Assembly (NCBI GenBank): GCA_012837385.1
Contig: DURH01000001.1
Coordinates: 1,349-65,348 of the forward strand
Length of the DNA stretch: 64,000 bases
DNA from: Bacillota bacterium
GTDB lineage: Bacteria; Bacillota; Limnochordia; Darwinibacteriales; Darwinibacteriaceae
Reading direction: 5' to 3'
Part shown: in pieces, positions 62,754 to 64,000 of the stretch
How positions within the stretch are numbered: position 1 is the first letter of the stretch
Layout of the letters: every line of letters begins with the position of its first letter
Notes under the pieces: generated by a model
Database searches by the model: none
Told to the model about the DNA's origin: nothing
Seen by the model: only the letters and a program-made list of their open reading frames with translations
Made by a program: the position numbers and the translations under genes

Positions 62754-62885
62754 CATATCCGCTCTGGACGGGAGTCTTCGTCTTCCTGCGAAAAATGAAC
62801 ATTTTTCACCACCGTAGGGAGGAGAACTTGCGTAATTCGTAGAATAATTACGCCATCATATCTCACTTGAGAAGGAGAGGACGGA

Positions 62886-63986
62886 GTGAAGAAGAGGCTT
62901 TGTATTTTATTGGCGTTGGTATTGGTTTTCGGTTTAGTCGGTGCTGCACAAGCCGCATCTTTGCCCTTTAAGATCGGCCTGATTACAGGAACGGTCTCCC
63001 AAGGCGAAGAAGAGTATCAAGCAGCGGTGAAGATGGCGGCCCGTTATCCGGATTCCATCATTCACGTTACCTATCCTGACAACTTCATGCAAGAGCAGGA
63101 GACGGTAATCGGGCAGATCGTTCAGTTCGCCATGGATCCCCAGATCAAGGCGATCGTGGTCTGCCAGGCAGTACCAGGTTCCACCGCAGCGTTCAGCACA
63201 GTTAGGGATATGCGCGATGACATCGTAATTATCGCCGGGGTTCCCCACGAGGATCCAGCGGTAGTTGCACCGTATGTGGACCTTGCTATGGAAACTGACC
63301 AACTACGGCGTGGAGCATCCATTGCCCAGTTGGCAGCTGAGATGGGCGCAAAGAAGATTCTCCACTATTCCTTCCCACGCCACATGTCCATGGAGCTTCT
63401 GGCTGTTCGCTACCAGAACATGAAGGACGAAGCTGCCAAGCTCGGCTTGGAGGTCATTGACGTAACCGCTCCAGACCCAATGGGTGATGCCGGTATCCCC
63501 GGAACCCAGCAGTTCATCCTGGAGGACATCCCTCGTCAGGCTGAGATCCACGGTACTGACATTGCTTTCTTCGGCACCAACTGCTCCATGATGGAACCGG
63601 CAATCCGTGCTTCTTTAGACGCCGGCATCATCTTCCCAGAGCAGTGCTGCCCCAGCCCCTTCCACGGCTATCCAGGCGCCTTGGGTATTGAGATTGATGA
63701 GGAGCACAAGGGTGATGTGCCATACATCCTCGACCAGATCAAAGCCAAGGTAGCGGAGATGGGACGCTCCGGCCGCATGGCCACCTGGGTTGCTCCCATC
63801 AACATGGTCTTTGTGGAAGCCGGTGTAGAGCTGGCTATCAAGGCTATCCAGGAAGGTCTGGACCTTGGCGACGTAGCCGCAGTGGAAGAAGCGGTCTTTG
63901 ATTCAACCGGCGTCAAGCTCTCCATGAACCGTTACCTCGATGATGCCAACTTCTACCTGGTGATTGCTGACTCCATTATCTTCTAA
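62886..63986 (+). CDS. secreted periplasmic-binding-protein-fold protein (DUF3798-like; hypothetical)
   Basis: Signal peptide MKKRLCILLALVLVFGLVGAAQA. The 366-aa body has an alternating alpha/beta character. GTG start after GAAGGAGAGG. Confidence 0.5.
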   Translation: MKKRLCILLALVLVFGLVGAAQAASLPFKIGLITGTVSQGEEEYQAAVKMAARYPDSIIHVTYPDNFMQEQETVIGQIVQFAMDPQIKAIVVCQAVPGSTAAFSTVRDMRDDIVIIAGVPHEDPAVVAPYVDLAMETDQLRRGASIAQLAAEMGAKKILHYSFPRHMSMELLAVRYQNMKDEAAKLGLEVIDVTAPDPMGDAGIPGTQQFILEDIPRQAEIHGTDIAFFGTNCSMMEPAIRASLDAGIIFPEQCCPSPFHGYPGALGIEIDEEHKGDVPYILDQIKAKVAEMGRSGRMATWVAPINMVFVEAGVELAIKAIQEGLDLGDVAAVEEAVFDSTGVKLSMNRYLDDANFYLVIADSIIF

Positions 63987-64000
63987 GAGGCAGCAGAGTA

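Overview
This 64-kb window reads as a core chromosomal region of a GC-rich Firmicute that probably sporulates; lonB, a SleB-like hydrolase, veg and a polysaccharide deacetylase support that, and the Clostridia-like gene order is judged by eye. It is densely coding on both strands. I found no transposases, integrases, CRISPR arrays or recognisable defence systems. All sequence similarities quoted below were read by eye against family motifs I recall; no database or alignment searches were run.

Main gene content, in order:
- kbl (5'-truncated at the window edge), a DGK-like lipid kinase, and tRNA-Ala(CGC).
- A GT4 glycosyltransferase translationally coupled to a large membrane protein with an alkaline-phosphatase-like ectodomain, convergent with a SEDS (RodA/FtsW) gene.
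- tRNA-Lys and tRNA-Leu behind a perfect consensus sigma-A promoter.
- tig-clpP-clpX-lonB-lon-engB, then a GGDEF diguanylate cyclase, glutaminase and a JAMM-TM-LysM fusion protein.
- thrS lacking the N-terminal domain, with a T-box leader.
- An MPP phosphoesterase, a C69 dipeptidase, and an orphan NuoL/MrpD-like antiporter-module protein.
- A MacB-type ABC ATPase with two FtsX-fold permeases, followed by a LolA-like protein and a beta-barrel-like secreted protein.
- cheX with a hemerythrin gene, GH130, Fe-ADH, a methyltransferase, msrA, lysA, deoD and a LysM-SleB-like hydrolase.
- A 1,173-aa pyruvate:ferredoxin oxidoreductase, feoAB, an HD protein, and veg preceded by a candidate c-di-AMP (ydaO-type) riboswitch that sits divergent to trkA-trkH.
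- A class B PBP, an MBL-fold lipoprotein with a ComEA HhH tail plus a DUF3006-like ORF, a GNAT and a polysaccharide deacetylase.
- PHP histidinol-phosphatase, rtcB, a BMP-family nucleoside ABC system, a half-size ABC exporter and a DUF3798-like secreted protein.

The observations most worth following up are:
- the c-di-AMP-riboswitch-like element aimed at veg;
- the inverted-topology alkaline-phosphatase/membrane protein beside the GT4 gene;
- the JAMM-LysM fusion;
- the Lol/MacB-like module with a LolA-like protein and a putative beta-barrel, which hints at an outer membrane;
- a CRP-type palindrome in the PFOR leader.
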